From a virus (Duplodnaviria; Caudoviricetes), in the IMG/VR virus record IMGVR_UViG_3300031519_000080, positions 1 to 36,966 of that record: a DNA stretch of 36,966 nucleotides, one strand, 5' to 3'. The notes beneath the pieces were generated by a model. It was not told where the DNA came from. It did no database searches and saw only the letters and a program-made list of their open reading frames with translations. The position numbers and the translations under genes are program-made. Of this stretch, positions 25,269 to 33,764 are shown in pieces. The number at the start of each line of letters is the position of its first letter. Within the stretch, counting starts at the first letter, position 1.

Positions 25269-28003
25269 CAACACGCCTCGGGATTAAACTCGACTTGATA
25301 GGTATTCGTCCAAGTAGCAGAGCTTGGCGGAACATTAGGATTGTCTGGATTCACATCCGTTGTAGTTGAAAGAACCGTGTAGTTGCCGAGTACTAGACAG
25401 TCAGGAAATTCTAGTATAGACCATAGACCCAAAAAGAATATTACCATCGTATAGTCCCATGTGTTACCGCCACCTTGAGCGGCTACTCTAGTGCTATAAA
25501 CAAATCTTCCTCCATCGTCCAAGCTGCCGCAGGTGCCATACGTTGCATCGTATGATGATTCAAATTTAGACACACAATTAACCACGCCCCAGAGTCCACC
25601 GGACAGAGACAGGGCTGGCGGATCGGTTAGTACTGGCTCCTCCGTTGTAGTAGTAACCGCAACATTGTCATCGCCTAGCCCCGGTGCTGGATTGTTAGCA
25701 GTTACTGCTCGCATGGTTGCAATCTTGTCAGATATTGTACATGGATAGAAATTAATTGGAATATATCCACTACCCTGCACTACAAAGCTTTGGTAGTTAT
25801 CGTATGCTGATTTCTTACTAACTGCGAATGGGTCACAGCAATCAAGAACGTCTGAGCATGGAGCACAACTATTTGAAGCCGTGGCTAATTCTGCTATAAA
25901 GCTACCACTTGGATAAACTATATCAATGGTGCTTAAGTCTGTATTCCAGTAATTTAAAACTACTTCCTGCTCAAGGCTTAGTGTGTCACCACACTCTGAG
26001 GTGAAACATGGTACAGCAGATGCTTCTGCGTGTATCTCATATCTATAATACTTGTAGTTAGAGCTAGGTTGAGACTTAAGAATACTAGCGTTGTCATATC
26101 TCAATAAGTCAAAGAAGTTTCCGCTGGGGCCAAAGGAGAACAAGCCCCTCTTGGTCTGCTGCGTGGACAGATGCCGTGGGAATGCCCTGATATCTGAAGG
26201 TCCGCTTCCACGTATCATATTTGTGCCGTCTGGACGAACTCCTTGCGGGTTTGATGTGTAGGACGTTGCAGTCACAACCTCTAAGAAGATATTGTCAATG
26301 TCTACGCCTATGGACTCTAAACCTACTAGTACTCCGTTATTGAATTCTAGTCTGTCACCATCTTCGGAATCAGAAGTGTCTCTTGGAAACCACCCATCTT
26401 CGCTAGCTATTAAATCGTTATTCTCAACGGTGTATGAATTCTTATCTATTTCTACTGGTATAAGCTTATGTTCATATACAGTGTGCGTTTCTGATATCCA
26501 GTTACTTTGATTTAGAACTCTATATGTTCCACTGTCCCATCCGTATCCAGATGTAACTCCAGAATTAACATTCCAACTGAAGAACTCTGGGGAGAAAATA
26601 TCTCCACCGTCTATCACAGTGGCTTTAGTTCTTGGCAGTGCTTTATTTAGCGTCCTAAAATTACCATATCGAAAGTCTAAACCATTAAGAGCATACCTAA
26701 AAGTTCTCTTGTCTGGATTTTCTATAGAGTCTGGAGTTCCCTGAACAACAATTCCACTTGAGTTATAAGAAACATCCCTGTCTCCAAAGGTATATCCATT
26801 AGACAGTATGAATGTGTAGTAAGGGGTACTCAATCCGCTTTCTGTAGGAGATGTGGCTTCTACAACAAGATAGCCGGGATTTCCTCTAACGTTCCTGTTC
26901 TTATAGTTATCCATGACAAGAACTAGTTCGTTTGGAGAGTCAGCCGCTATAGTTATTTGCGTCCCAAGCTGTTTTGGTGTCTGAAATGCGAATTCTCTAT
27001 GTTTTTGATATGTATAATTATTCTCACCATCGTATATAGTAGGTATTTCTTTATCACTAATATATGTTGAATATACTAGTCTAGCGTCAATATCTCTCTC
27101 GTAAATAAACGCGGCATTAGGTTTATACGTATACGGTGCCTGAGTACCATCCTCTAAGTACACTGGAGCGTCTTGCGTTGTACCATAGCCAACTGAAGCC
27201 ACTCTAAGCCAATTGCCGCTAGTGACAAGTTGTATGGTTGGATCATAATTACCACCTCCGCAAGATAGTCCTGATGCCTCTGGCCCCTCGTAGACTATTC
27301 CTTCTACTGTGCCGCTAGGACCGGGCTGACCAGTGACTCCACCGTTAGTTCCAGCATCTGAAGCTGTTGTGTCGCCACTATCGCCACCGTCACCACCATC
27401 GTCTGTATCTCCACCGTCTGAAGGTTGTGATGGAAGGGGAATTAGGACCGTGCAATCAAGCGGTGCGTCGATTACCACTCCAACATCTGGGATTCCATCG
27501 CCATCAGTGTCTTCTGCTACTGATCCATTCTCGTTTTCGTATGTGTCATCATCGTCGCCGTCATCGTCACCATCACTGCTACCGTCGCTATCGTCACTAC
27601 CGTCGCTACCGTCGCCACTGCCACCGCCAACTTGGTCTGTTGATCCAAAACCCGGATCAATAACTAGTGGCTGCAACAGGCTATATAGAAATAGGCATGT
27701 GTTTGGTGGAAGCGTATACGTCTCCGTTTGCTTCAGTATGCAATCGATGATTTCAATTACTGCGTCTCTAGTGTTATCGAGAGCATTAATGGTATATACC
27801 TGACACGCACGTTCGTCTACGTCTGGCGGGATCGTTGTGGTTACTTCTCCACATAGTAGCCCACTAGAAGGTATGACTATACCGTCATCATGCACTATTG
27901 GAGATTCCGTAGTCGTTGTTGCTTCTTGTTGTGGCTCTGTCCAACCGTCGAGTAGAGGGCTTCTACTTGGAGGATCGCATCTACTTGGAACTCCCTTTTT
28001 CAT
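25268..28003 (-). CDS. Large acidic, Cys-containing multidomain protein with Asp/Gly-rich linkers, probably virion-associated
   Basis: Start most likely ATG 28003 (GGAG RBS). About 18 Cys clustered near both ends, DTDGDGIPD motif, poly-Thr tracts; ends in Cys. Confidence 0.7.
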   Translation of the reverse strand: MKKGVPSRCDPPSRSPLLDGWTEPQQEATTTTESPIVHDDGIVIPSSGLLCGEVTTTIPPDVDERACQVYTINALDNTRDAVIEIIDCILKQTETYTLPPNTCLFLYSLLQPLVIDPGFGSTDQVGGGSGDGSDGSDDSDGSSDGDDDGDDDDTYENENGSVAEDTDGDGIPDVGVVIDAPLDCTVLIPLPSQPSDGGDTDDGGDGGDSGDTTASDAGTNGGVTGQPGPSGTVEGIVYEGPEASGLSCGGGNYDPTIQLVTSGNWLRVASVGYGTTQDAPVYLEDGTQAPYTYKPNAAFIYERDIDARLVYSTYISDKEIPTIYDGENNYTYQKHREFAFQTPKQLGTQITIAADSPNELVLVMDNYKNRNVRGNPGYLVVEATSPTESGLSTPYYTFILSNGYTFGDRDVSYNSSGIVVQGTPDSIENPDKRTFRYALNGLDFRYGNFRTLNKALPRTKATVIDGGDIFSPEFFSWNVNSGVTSGYGWDSGTYRVLNQSNWISETHTVYEHKLIPVEIDKNSYTVENNDLIASEDGWFPRDTSDSEDGDRLEFNNGVLVGLESIGVDIDNIFLEVVTATSYTSNPQGVRPDGTNMIRGSGPSDIRAFPRHLSTQQTKRGLFSFGPSGNFFDLLRYDNASILKSQPSSNYKYYRYEIHAEASAVPCFTSECGDTLSLEQEVVLNYWNTDLSTIDIVYPSGSFIAELATASNSCAPCSDVLDCCDPFAVSKKSAYDNYQSFVVQGSGYIPINFYPCTISDKIATMRAVTANNPAPGLGDDNVAVTTTTEEPVLTDPPALSLSGGLWGVVNCVSKFESSYDATYGTCGSLDDGGRFVYSTRVAAQGGGNTWDYTMVIFFLGLWSILEFPDCLVLGNYTVLSTTTDVNPDNPNVPPSSATWTNTYQVEFNPEAC

Positions 28004-28035
28004 CCTAATCTCCACTTGAATTTATTATTTGTTAT

Positions 28036-28044
28036 ATAGTACCC
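28036..28044 (-). promoter_or_regulatory. Putative late promoter variant GGGTACTAT
   Basis: Intergenic, about 33 nt upstream of ATG 28003; shares the GTGGGTA context with the 21158 copy. Confidence 0.35.
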
Positions 28045-28050
28045 ACCAAT

Positions 28051-31000
28051 TTACGTTGTTGTTGGTCGAGAGCATCCACATGTTGTATTTTCATTGCTTA
28101 CCCAAACTGGTCGATATTCATAAGCATTCGATGGCCCCATAACTCTATTGGCTATGACATAATCACCTTCTTCTAACCTCAGGTAGACGTCTCTATTTAC
28201 AATGGTTTCTGTCGTCCCGTCTAAAAGTGTTATCAGCCCCTGAGTGGGTATAAATCTATTGGGTGGAGAGTCTACATCCTGAATCATAGTTCCTTCTATT
28301 GTCTGTACATCTATTTGATCTTGAAGAGCTTGTATAAGAGCTTCAATATCATTCACTGCACCGGCACTTTCCAGTGAGGTGCCATCAGCTAATCTTAATG
28401 CACCCCTGACCTGAAGGTCTCCATCAATATGCATGAATGGTCTACGTGGATTAGTAGTCGCATAAGTCTCAGCGTTATTCATTGTATAATAAGCTGAGTG
28501 ATCTAACGTTACTAAATCGTTGCTTAATGCACCATCTTCACCAGTAAAATTAATAGTAAATGGTGTTTCACCATATCTAGTTCCGCTTCCGACAACGTTT
28601 ACGGCGTGGCTTGCAATAGTAGTAGATTCAAGATTATTCGCACCATATAGTCTGAATGAGCCATTGTCAGGCATAGATAACAATAGATTGCTGGGCTGAT
28701 TCAGGACTCCGCTAAGTAAGATGTTATCGTCAGCACCAACTAAGAAAGTGGAGTCAGGTAAAGTTGTAGCGTTTAAGTTTCTGCCGATTAATATGCTTCC
28801 ATTTGTTATAGCTTCAGCATCATTTCCTAAGATAAGATTGTCACTACCAGATGCTACAACATTGTTGCCTACGACTACATTTCTATGTATTCCAGATACT
28901 GATGGCAAGATAGAGTCTGATCCAACAACTATATTTCCAGTGGAGTGGGTAAGTCCATATCCAGCTCTATACCCAACGGCTGTGTTGAGAATACTTACTG
29001 GTGCCGCACTTGTTATGCTAGATAGTGCTTCTGCACCATATCCAGTATTTCCGCTTGATGGCACAACGTTCGATCTGTCCGCTGGACATCCTGATCCACC
29101 GAATAGATTCGTGCCATCTCCAAACAGTGCGGAAGAATTATCAGTAACTAATGATAGTGGGAATGCATTACCGGATGTGTCTACATAAATTAGTTCTGAA
29201 GATTGAGTGAATGAGTCTACATCTCTAGCTATAAGTGTTGTAAACCCAGCTGTAGTGGATGGCATATATCCAGATGGGAAATTACTGAATGCCAATCCAG
29301 TGTTTCTACTTGCGTTTCCAATATTGACCATGGAATTCATTGCTGGAGCGTCATTGTAGATGCCAAGTGACGATCCGCCGGAAGTATGTTTTAGCGTAAC
29401 GTGATCTACTCTACCCGAATCGGAGTATGTAGACATTACCATAACGCCACTAGTTTTATTGTAAGCTATCTCGCCAGCATCTTGTAGGCAGTTTAATTCT
29501 CCGCATAGCTCAAGTGCTGCCGATACGTTACCAGCATTCTCAGCGGTTACTCTTATAGAAGCATCTGAGGTAGATCGTGCATTGATAATAGTTTCTGCAT
29601 ACTTCTGTAGTTCCTGATTAGGAAAATTACTAACCCCAAGCACACCACCTGTTACGTCGTCTTGCATAACTGATACTGTGTTTATGGAATAGTTGTTAGC
29701 GTTTCCATCATAAGTAGTAATGAAAAATCCGGGGAGTGTTCCGCTAGATGTGGAGTACAGTTCTACTCCACGCTTATGTGCTACTCCATGATTTAGATTG
29801 ATAGATACTGGAACATCATTATCTGGAGTATTTACTGTAAATCTTCTCGCGTTAATGCTTTGTAGATTGGTGTCTTCAGCTGTACTATTTATGCTGAAAG
29901 TGTACGTAGAGTAAAATGATCCAAATTCTCCATCGCCTGCACTATCTAGGCTTTTGAAGCTAGAGCCATCGAATCCATCATTTGTAGTGAATACAAGTCT
30001 TTGATATGTTGCGTCTTCTACAACATTCATTCCGCCAAAGCCATTGCCCGCATTATCAATCAGTCCACCAAAAGCAGCTGAACCATCATCTTGACTAAGA
30101 TACTTTGCGGCTTTTATGTGTGAATGAACTCCAGATAGCAAAACGTTATTATTGGAAGTCCAATATGCATCATCTTCTGGCGTTCCCGGTGTAGGTACTA
30201 TACTCTGTGTATTTATACCACTAGACGTTATAGTCCACTTAAAGTTATTTAAGCCTGAGTCACCGCTAGACGGAATTACTAAACCAGCACCAATAAGCTC
30301 TGCTTCGTTCAAATATCCACACGGGGCTACTTCGCCATCACACACACCGCTAGTTGCTAGATACAACGTCTTACATTCATATAGACATGATGTTACTGTG
30401 TTAAGTTCATTTATAGTAGCCGTACCATTAACAGTTAAATTATACGTATGTGTATTTCTCCAATTATTAGATGGACTACCTAATGAATATACGTTGCTTG
30501 TTGATGGCTTGATATCACCACTGTGTGTCTGAACGCCACTGATAAGTACAGAATTTGTTATTGGATCATAAGTATTAGAAATACCAGTAGAAAAAGAAAT
30601 AGCTCTTGCGTGTGCCGTGTTAAAAGAATAATTTTCGTGTCCAAGGTCAAATGATTCATCCAGAGATGGTGATATTGCACCACTGACTTGAACTGTTCCA
30701 TAGGGATGAAAATCATTAACGTTGATTCCAAATTTACCAAGCTCAAAATCGCCATAAACGAGAGGGGCAAGTCCAACGCCTTCTGGATTATCACAGACAT
30801 ATTGTTCGGTGACTGGATGAACCGCGATATATAGTTTGTTACTGTCTTCTCTGTCAGCATAATAACCTGCACCATGACCAATGGCTACATTCATATTACC
30901 TAACTTATTATAATATAATGTGTATTCGCCAATACCTACATTAGCTACACCATTACTATTACCGGCTAATGAACTATATCCTACGCCAACATTATCTGTT

Positions 31001-31338
31001 CCGTAGACATTACAACTCAAAGCATAGGCACCAAGAGCGGTGTTACGCTCTCCAGCAAAGTTTTGCTTAAGTGCAGCGTAACCAAAGGCAGAATTATCAA
31101 CGCTTACATAACTCTCTTGTCCCAGCTTGGACAACACTTCTTCCCCCGCAATAGTGGTTCGTGTCGCTGGTGTAGAAAAATTAGTTGATACAATCTCCTC
31201 AGTAAATAATAGATTACCAACAGAGTCTACAATATCAAGTAAATTCTGTCTTACGTCTTTAGGGGTAATCTCTTGTGTTGCGTTGTCTGATATATCTTGC
31301 GTTATGTTTGCTATCAGATTAGCCTTGGTCTGCTTCAT
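28051..31338 (-). CDS. Long fibre/spike protein with YadA-like beta-roll repeats
   Basis: 1095 aa. Two blocks of ~14-aa N-x-A-x-G-x-x-A-L repeats, N-terminal DNATQEITPKDVRQNLLDIVDS motif, late coiled coil VNDIEALIQALQDQID; GGAGG RBS. Confidence 0.75.
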   Translation of the reverse strand: MKQTKANLIANITQDISDNATQEITPKDVRQNLLDIVDSVGNLLFTEEIVSTNFSTPATRTTIAGEEVLSKLGQESYVSVDNSAFGYAALKQNFAGERNTALGAYALSCNVYGTDNVGVGYSSLAGNSNGVANVGIGEYTLYYNKLGNMNVAIGHGAGYYADREDSNKLYIAVHPVTEQYVCDNPEGVGLAPLVYGDFELGKFGINVNDFHPYGTVQVSGAISPSLDESFDLGHENYSFNTAHARAISFSTGISNTYDPITNSVLISGVQTHSGDIKPSTSNVYSLGSPSNNWRNTHTYNLTVNGTATINELNTVTSCLYECKTLYLATSGVCDGEVAPCGYLNEAELIGAGLVIPSSGDSGLNNFKWTITSSGINTQSIVPTPGTPEDDAYWTSNNNVLLSGVHSHIKAAKYLSQDDGSAAFGGLIDNAGNGFGGMNVVEDATYQRLVFTTNDGFDGSSFKSLDSAGDGEFGSFYSTYTFSINSTAEDTNLQSINARRFTVNTPDNDVPVSINLNHGVAHKRGVELYSTSSGTLPGFFITTYDGNANNYSINTVSVMQDDVTGGVLGVSNFPNQELQKYAETIINARSTSDASIRVTAENAGNVSAALELCGELNCLQDAGEIAYNKTSGVMVMSTYSDSGRVDHVTLKHTSGGSSLGIYNDAPAMNSMVNIGNASRNTGLAFSNFPSGYMPSTTAGFTTLIARDVDSFTQSSELIYVDTSGNAFPLSLVTDNSSALFGDGTNLFGGSGCPADRSNVVPSSGNTGYGAEALSSITSAAPVSILNTAVGYRAGYGLTHSTGNIVVGSDSILPSVSGIHRNVVVGNNVVASGSDNLILGNDAEAITNGSILIGRNLNATTLPDSTFLVGADDNILLSGVLNQPSNLLLSMPDNGSFRLYGANNLESTTIASHAVNVVGSGTRYGETPFTINFTGEDGALSNDLVTLDHSAYYTMNNAETYATTNPRRPFMHIDGDLQVRGALRLADGTSLESAGAVNDIEALIQALQDQIDVQTIEGTMIQDVDSPPNRFIPTQGLITLLDGTTETIVNRDVYLRLEEGDYVIANRVMGPSNAYEYRPVWVSNENTTCGCSRPTTT

Positions 31339-31362
31339 TATGTGGCCTCCATTGATAACAAA

Positions 31363-32055
31363 TTAAGAAATGCTTATTTCGAGCGACTTAGAGTCGAACT
31401 TGATATTATCTCCAGTGTACACATACCTAGGATTAGTTAGCTCTGAATACATCAACATATTTCCTTGACCTTGGACATTGGAGTCAACAAACGCAATGCC
31501 TGAGACCCATCCCCAGTCGGATAATGCTGTTCCAAAAATTAATTGGTCACTGTTCTTAATGAAGCCATTTCCATCATACATTTCGTAATTGGTCTCGTTG
31601 GTGGCACTTCCTGATGCTACTACATTAGAAGGTCCATGAAAGACGACTCCGGGGTGCGTGTCGTCAAAACCAAATTCAATAGCCGTCTGTGGGTTTCCAG
31701 TGTCTTGTGCGATAGCTGATGCTGAGTCTAGATAGAGTGGATAAAAGTATCCGCTGTGTCCGACTTCTTGGCTTTCAACGACGAATGCGGATATATTGTC
31801 TTGACCAACATCACTCCAAACATTTGCACCGTCTACGGATGGGTTTCCAAGAGTCAATCTGGAGTAACCAGTGGTCGTCATTATGCCTCCATTGTCGATT
31901 CCAGAGGGTATTTCTGGAAGAGTAGCTCCTGTGTCGTTATCTTTGGATACGTCTCCAGTGAGAACTACTGACACATTTGCTGGCTTTTGAAAGCTAGCTG
32001 TTCGAAAGATGTGATTGAGAAGTTGTGCCTCAAGATAATCTGAAAAAGCGGTCAT
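31363..32055 (-). CDS. Minor virion structural protein (SDYLE...LNHIF family) with an internal insertion
   Basis: AFSDYLEAQLLNHIFR...GYSR...IKNSDQLIFGTALSDWGWVSGIAFVDS...GNMLMYSEL...GDNIKF matches a widespread small phage structural protein pattern; GGAG RBS. Confidence 0.7.
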   Translation of the reverse strand: MTAFSDYLEAQLLNHIFRTASFQKPANVSVVLTGDVSKDNDTGATLPEIPSGIDNGGIMTTTGYSRLTLGNPSVDGANVWSDVGQDNISAFVVESQEVGHSGYFYPLYLDSASAIAQDTGNPQTAIEFGFDDTHPGVVFHGPSNVVASGSATNETNYEMYDGNGFIKNSDQLIFGTALSDWGWVSGIAFVDSNVQGQGNMLMYSELTNPRYVYTGDNIKFDSKSLEISIS

Positions 32056-32130
32056 TTGATGTCTCCATTTAATTCCGGTTAACTATATACTGGCAGACAT
32101 GTACCAGTGCGGGGGTATAGTCTACAGTTA

Positions 32131-32139
32131 ATTATACAC
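32131..32139 (-). promoter_or_regulatory. Putative late promoter motif GTGTATAAT
   Basis: Exact motif just downstream of the capsid terminator, about 76 nt before ATG 32055. Confidence 0.6.
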
Positions 32140-32185
32140 CATTCTGCCTGATTGGTCCCCAGAAAGGTATATTTGCCCAAAAATA

Positions 32186-32221
32186 CAAAACAAAAGACCA
32201 CCCCCATTTCTGAGGGTGGCC
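32186..32221 (-). terminator. Rho-independent terminator after the major capsid gene
   Basis: GGCCACCCTCA-GAAA-TGGGGGTGGTC (11-bp stem, GAAA tetraloop) followed by TTTTGTTTTG. Confidence 0.85.
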
Positions 32222-32253
32222 TAATGTATAGTTGCTAAAGCTGTTAAACAGTC

Positions 32254-33261
32254 TTAGAATGAGCCAAGGATCACTCGTCGATTGTCTAGAACGCCAAAGC
32301 CAAGCTCTGCCCATCCATAGAAGCCAGCTCGTTGCTGACGATGGAGTGCTGGGTCTTCATAGACGCGAAGGTCTTCACGTACTGGCATGACGAAACTGTC
32401 GTTCGTTGACTGGTCAAGACCAACAACAAGCTCAGTTTTATCGGTTGCCAAAGAGCCACCAAGATCATTGGCGAAGAAATTCTGATACTCTTGGCCTTCA
32501 CCAAGCTCATCAAGATCATGAAGATTAACACCAAAGATACGAGTGATAGCTGAGCCACCATCCGTGCTTGTGTAAATCTCACGACGAGTTACTTCGTCAA
32601 CTTCGGTTTCGCCCCAATTGCGAATGTCTTCAAGAGCTTCTGGAGATACGTAGAGGTCAGTGAGACGACCACGGCTACTAGAAGCACTGTTTCCGCCAGA
32701 ATTACGACGCATTACAACCTGCATGAGGCTAACGAGTCGTTTGCTGAATGAGCCAGCAGCAGCATCGGCGTCATAAACGAGGATGTTACGATCAACGCCA
32801 GCGGCGAGGATTGTGTGCCAACCATCATCATTCATCTTCTTCGTGAATCCAGCTTCCATGACTTGCATGGCACGGGAAACGACGTCCCATCGTGCGTCTC
32901 TTGCGAAACGGAGAAGGTAGTCAACCGAAGATGCGATTGAATAAGTTGGGATCATTACGTAATCACCTTCGACGGCTCGCTCTGGTATGCGACCGTGACC
33001 GGGATTGGTATAAGCGACATGTTCGCCTTCCAAGCCGGGGCTAATAAGATCAAGTGGAAATTCTGGTGTAGCACCGGGTTCCATTTGAATTGTCTCGAAA
33101 ATGTTTCCGAGAATGTTACCGACTAGAACACCCTTACGAAGTGGGCTTTCTAGAGCAGCAGCGAATTCACGCTGTGCGGGAATAGCAATGGATGCATCGG
33201 CATCGCCGGATTGACGAAGCAAATTGATGATTTCATCGCTAGGACGAGTTTCAAGTGACAT
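32254..33261 (-). CDS. Major capsid protein (HK97-like fold expected)
   Basis: 335 aa after protease/scaffold and decoration genes; strong AAGGAG RBS, biased codon use, terminator downstream; C-terminal GFYGWAELGFGVLDNRRV is typical of capsid proteins. Confidence 0.85.
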   Translation of the reverse strand: MSLETRPSDEIINLLRQSGDADASIAIPAQREFAAALESPLRKGVLVGNILGNIFETIQMEPGATPEFPLDLISPGLEGEHVAYTNPGHGRIPERAVEGDYVMIPTYSIASSVDYLLRFARDARWDVVSRAMQVMEAGFTKKMNDDGWHTILAAGVDRNILVYDADAAAGSFSKRLVSLMQVVMRRNSGGNSASSSRGRLTDLYVSPEALEDIRNWGETEVDEVTRREIYTSTDGGSAITRIFGVNLHDLDELGEGQEYQNFFANDLGGSLATDKTELVVGLDQSTNDSFVMPVREDLRVYEDPALHRQQRAGFYGWAELGFGVLDNRRVILGSF

Positions 33262-33288
33262 AATTAATATCTCCTTTTGCTTTCTAAA

Positions 33289-33741
33289 TTATGGTAAGTT
33301 GACTTCGACTTTGCAATAACCATCAGCATCAACACCACTAACAAAAGTACCAATCTTGGCACCTTGATCAGAAGCATCAGTGATGTTTCCTGCAACAGTT
33401 GTGCTAACGTAAGCACCCGAACCTGCGACTGGGGCACCGTCAACGGCATTCGTGACGACCCAACCTTTGCGAAGAACTGTGACCTTACCACCCTTTTGAA
33501 CTTCGTCCTTGTAGACGTTTAGGTGAGTGCGAGTTAAGTCCTTATCGACAACATCATTCAGTAGGATACCTACTGGGACACCGCCAGCGACGCTATACTT
33601 CACAAGGTTAACACCTTGATCCATAGCGGCACCAGTTCCAACAGTGTCATGAACAACTACACCACCGCGAGTAGCAACACCTTCGTTATAGAAGAAGCTG
33701 ATATCGGTCTGTAGCTCGTAGCGATCTGATTTAAGAGCCAT
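33289..33741 (-). CDS. Capsid decoration / cement protein
   Basis: 150 aa, Gly/Val-rich (PVGILLNDV...GKVTVLRKGWVVT...AKIGTF), between scaffold and capsid genes; AGGAG RBS. Confidence 0.7.
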   Translation of the reverse strand: MALKSDRYELQTDISFFYNEGVATRGGVVVHDTVGTGAAMDQGVNLVKYSVAGGVPVGILLNDVVDKDLTRTHLNVYKDEVQKGGKVTVLRKGWVVTNAVDGAPVAGSGAYVSTTVAGNITDASDQGAKIGTFVSGVDADGYCKVEVNLP

Positions 33742-33764
33742 GTTAAAATCTCCTGTTTAAGAAA

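Noticed and set aside
21180-28003. Polymorphic toxin-immunity reading of the large/small gene pairs
   Set aside because: The small proteins are highly similar while the large C-termini differ, the opposite of cognate immunity pairs, and no toxin motif was recognised.
14728-31338. Diversity-generating retroelement acting on fibre tips
   Set aside because: No reverse transcriptase and no template/variable repeat pair with adenine-specific mismatches was seen in this window; one elsewhere in the genome cannot be excluded.
32078-32132. Possible structured leader RNA (ACTGG/CCAGT and TTAACT/AGTTAA pairings) before 32055
   Set aside because: Stems are short and cannot be supported without covariation data.
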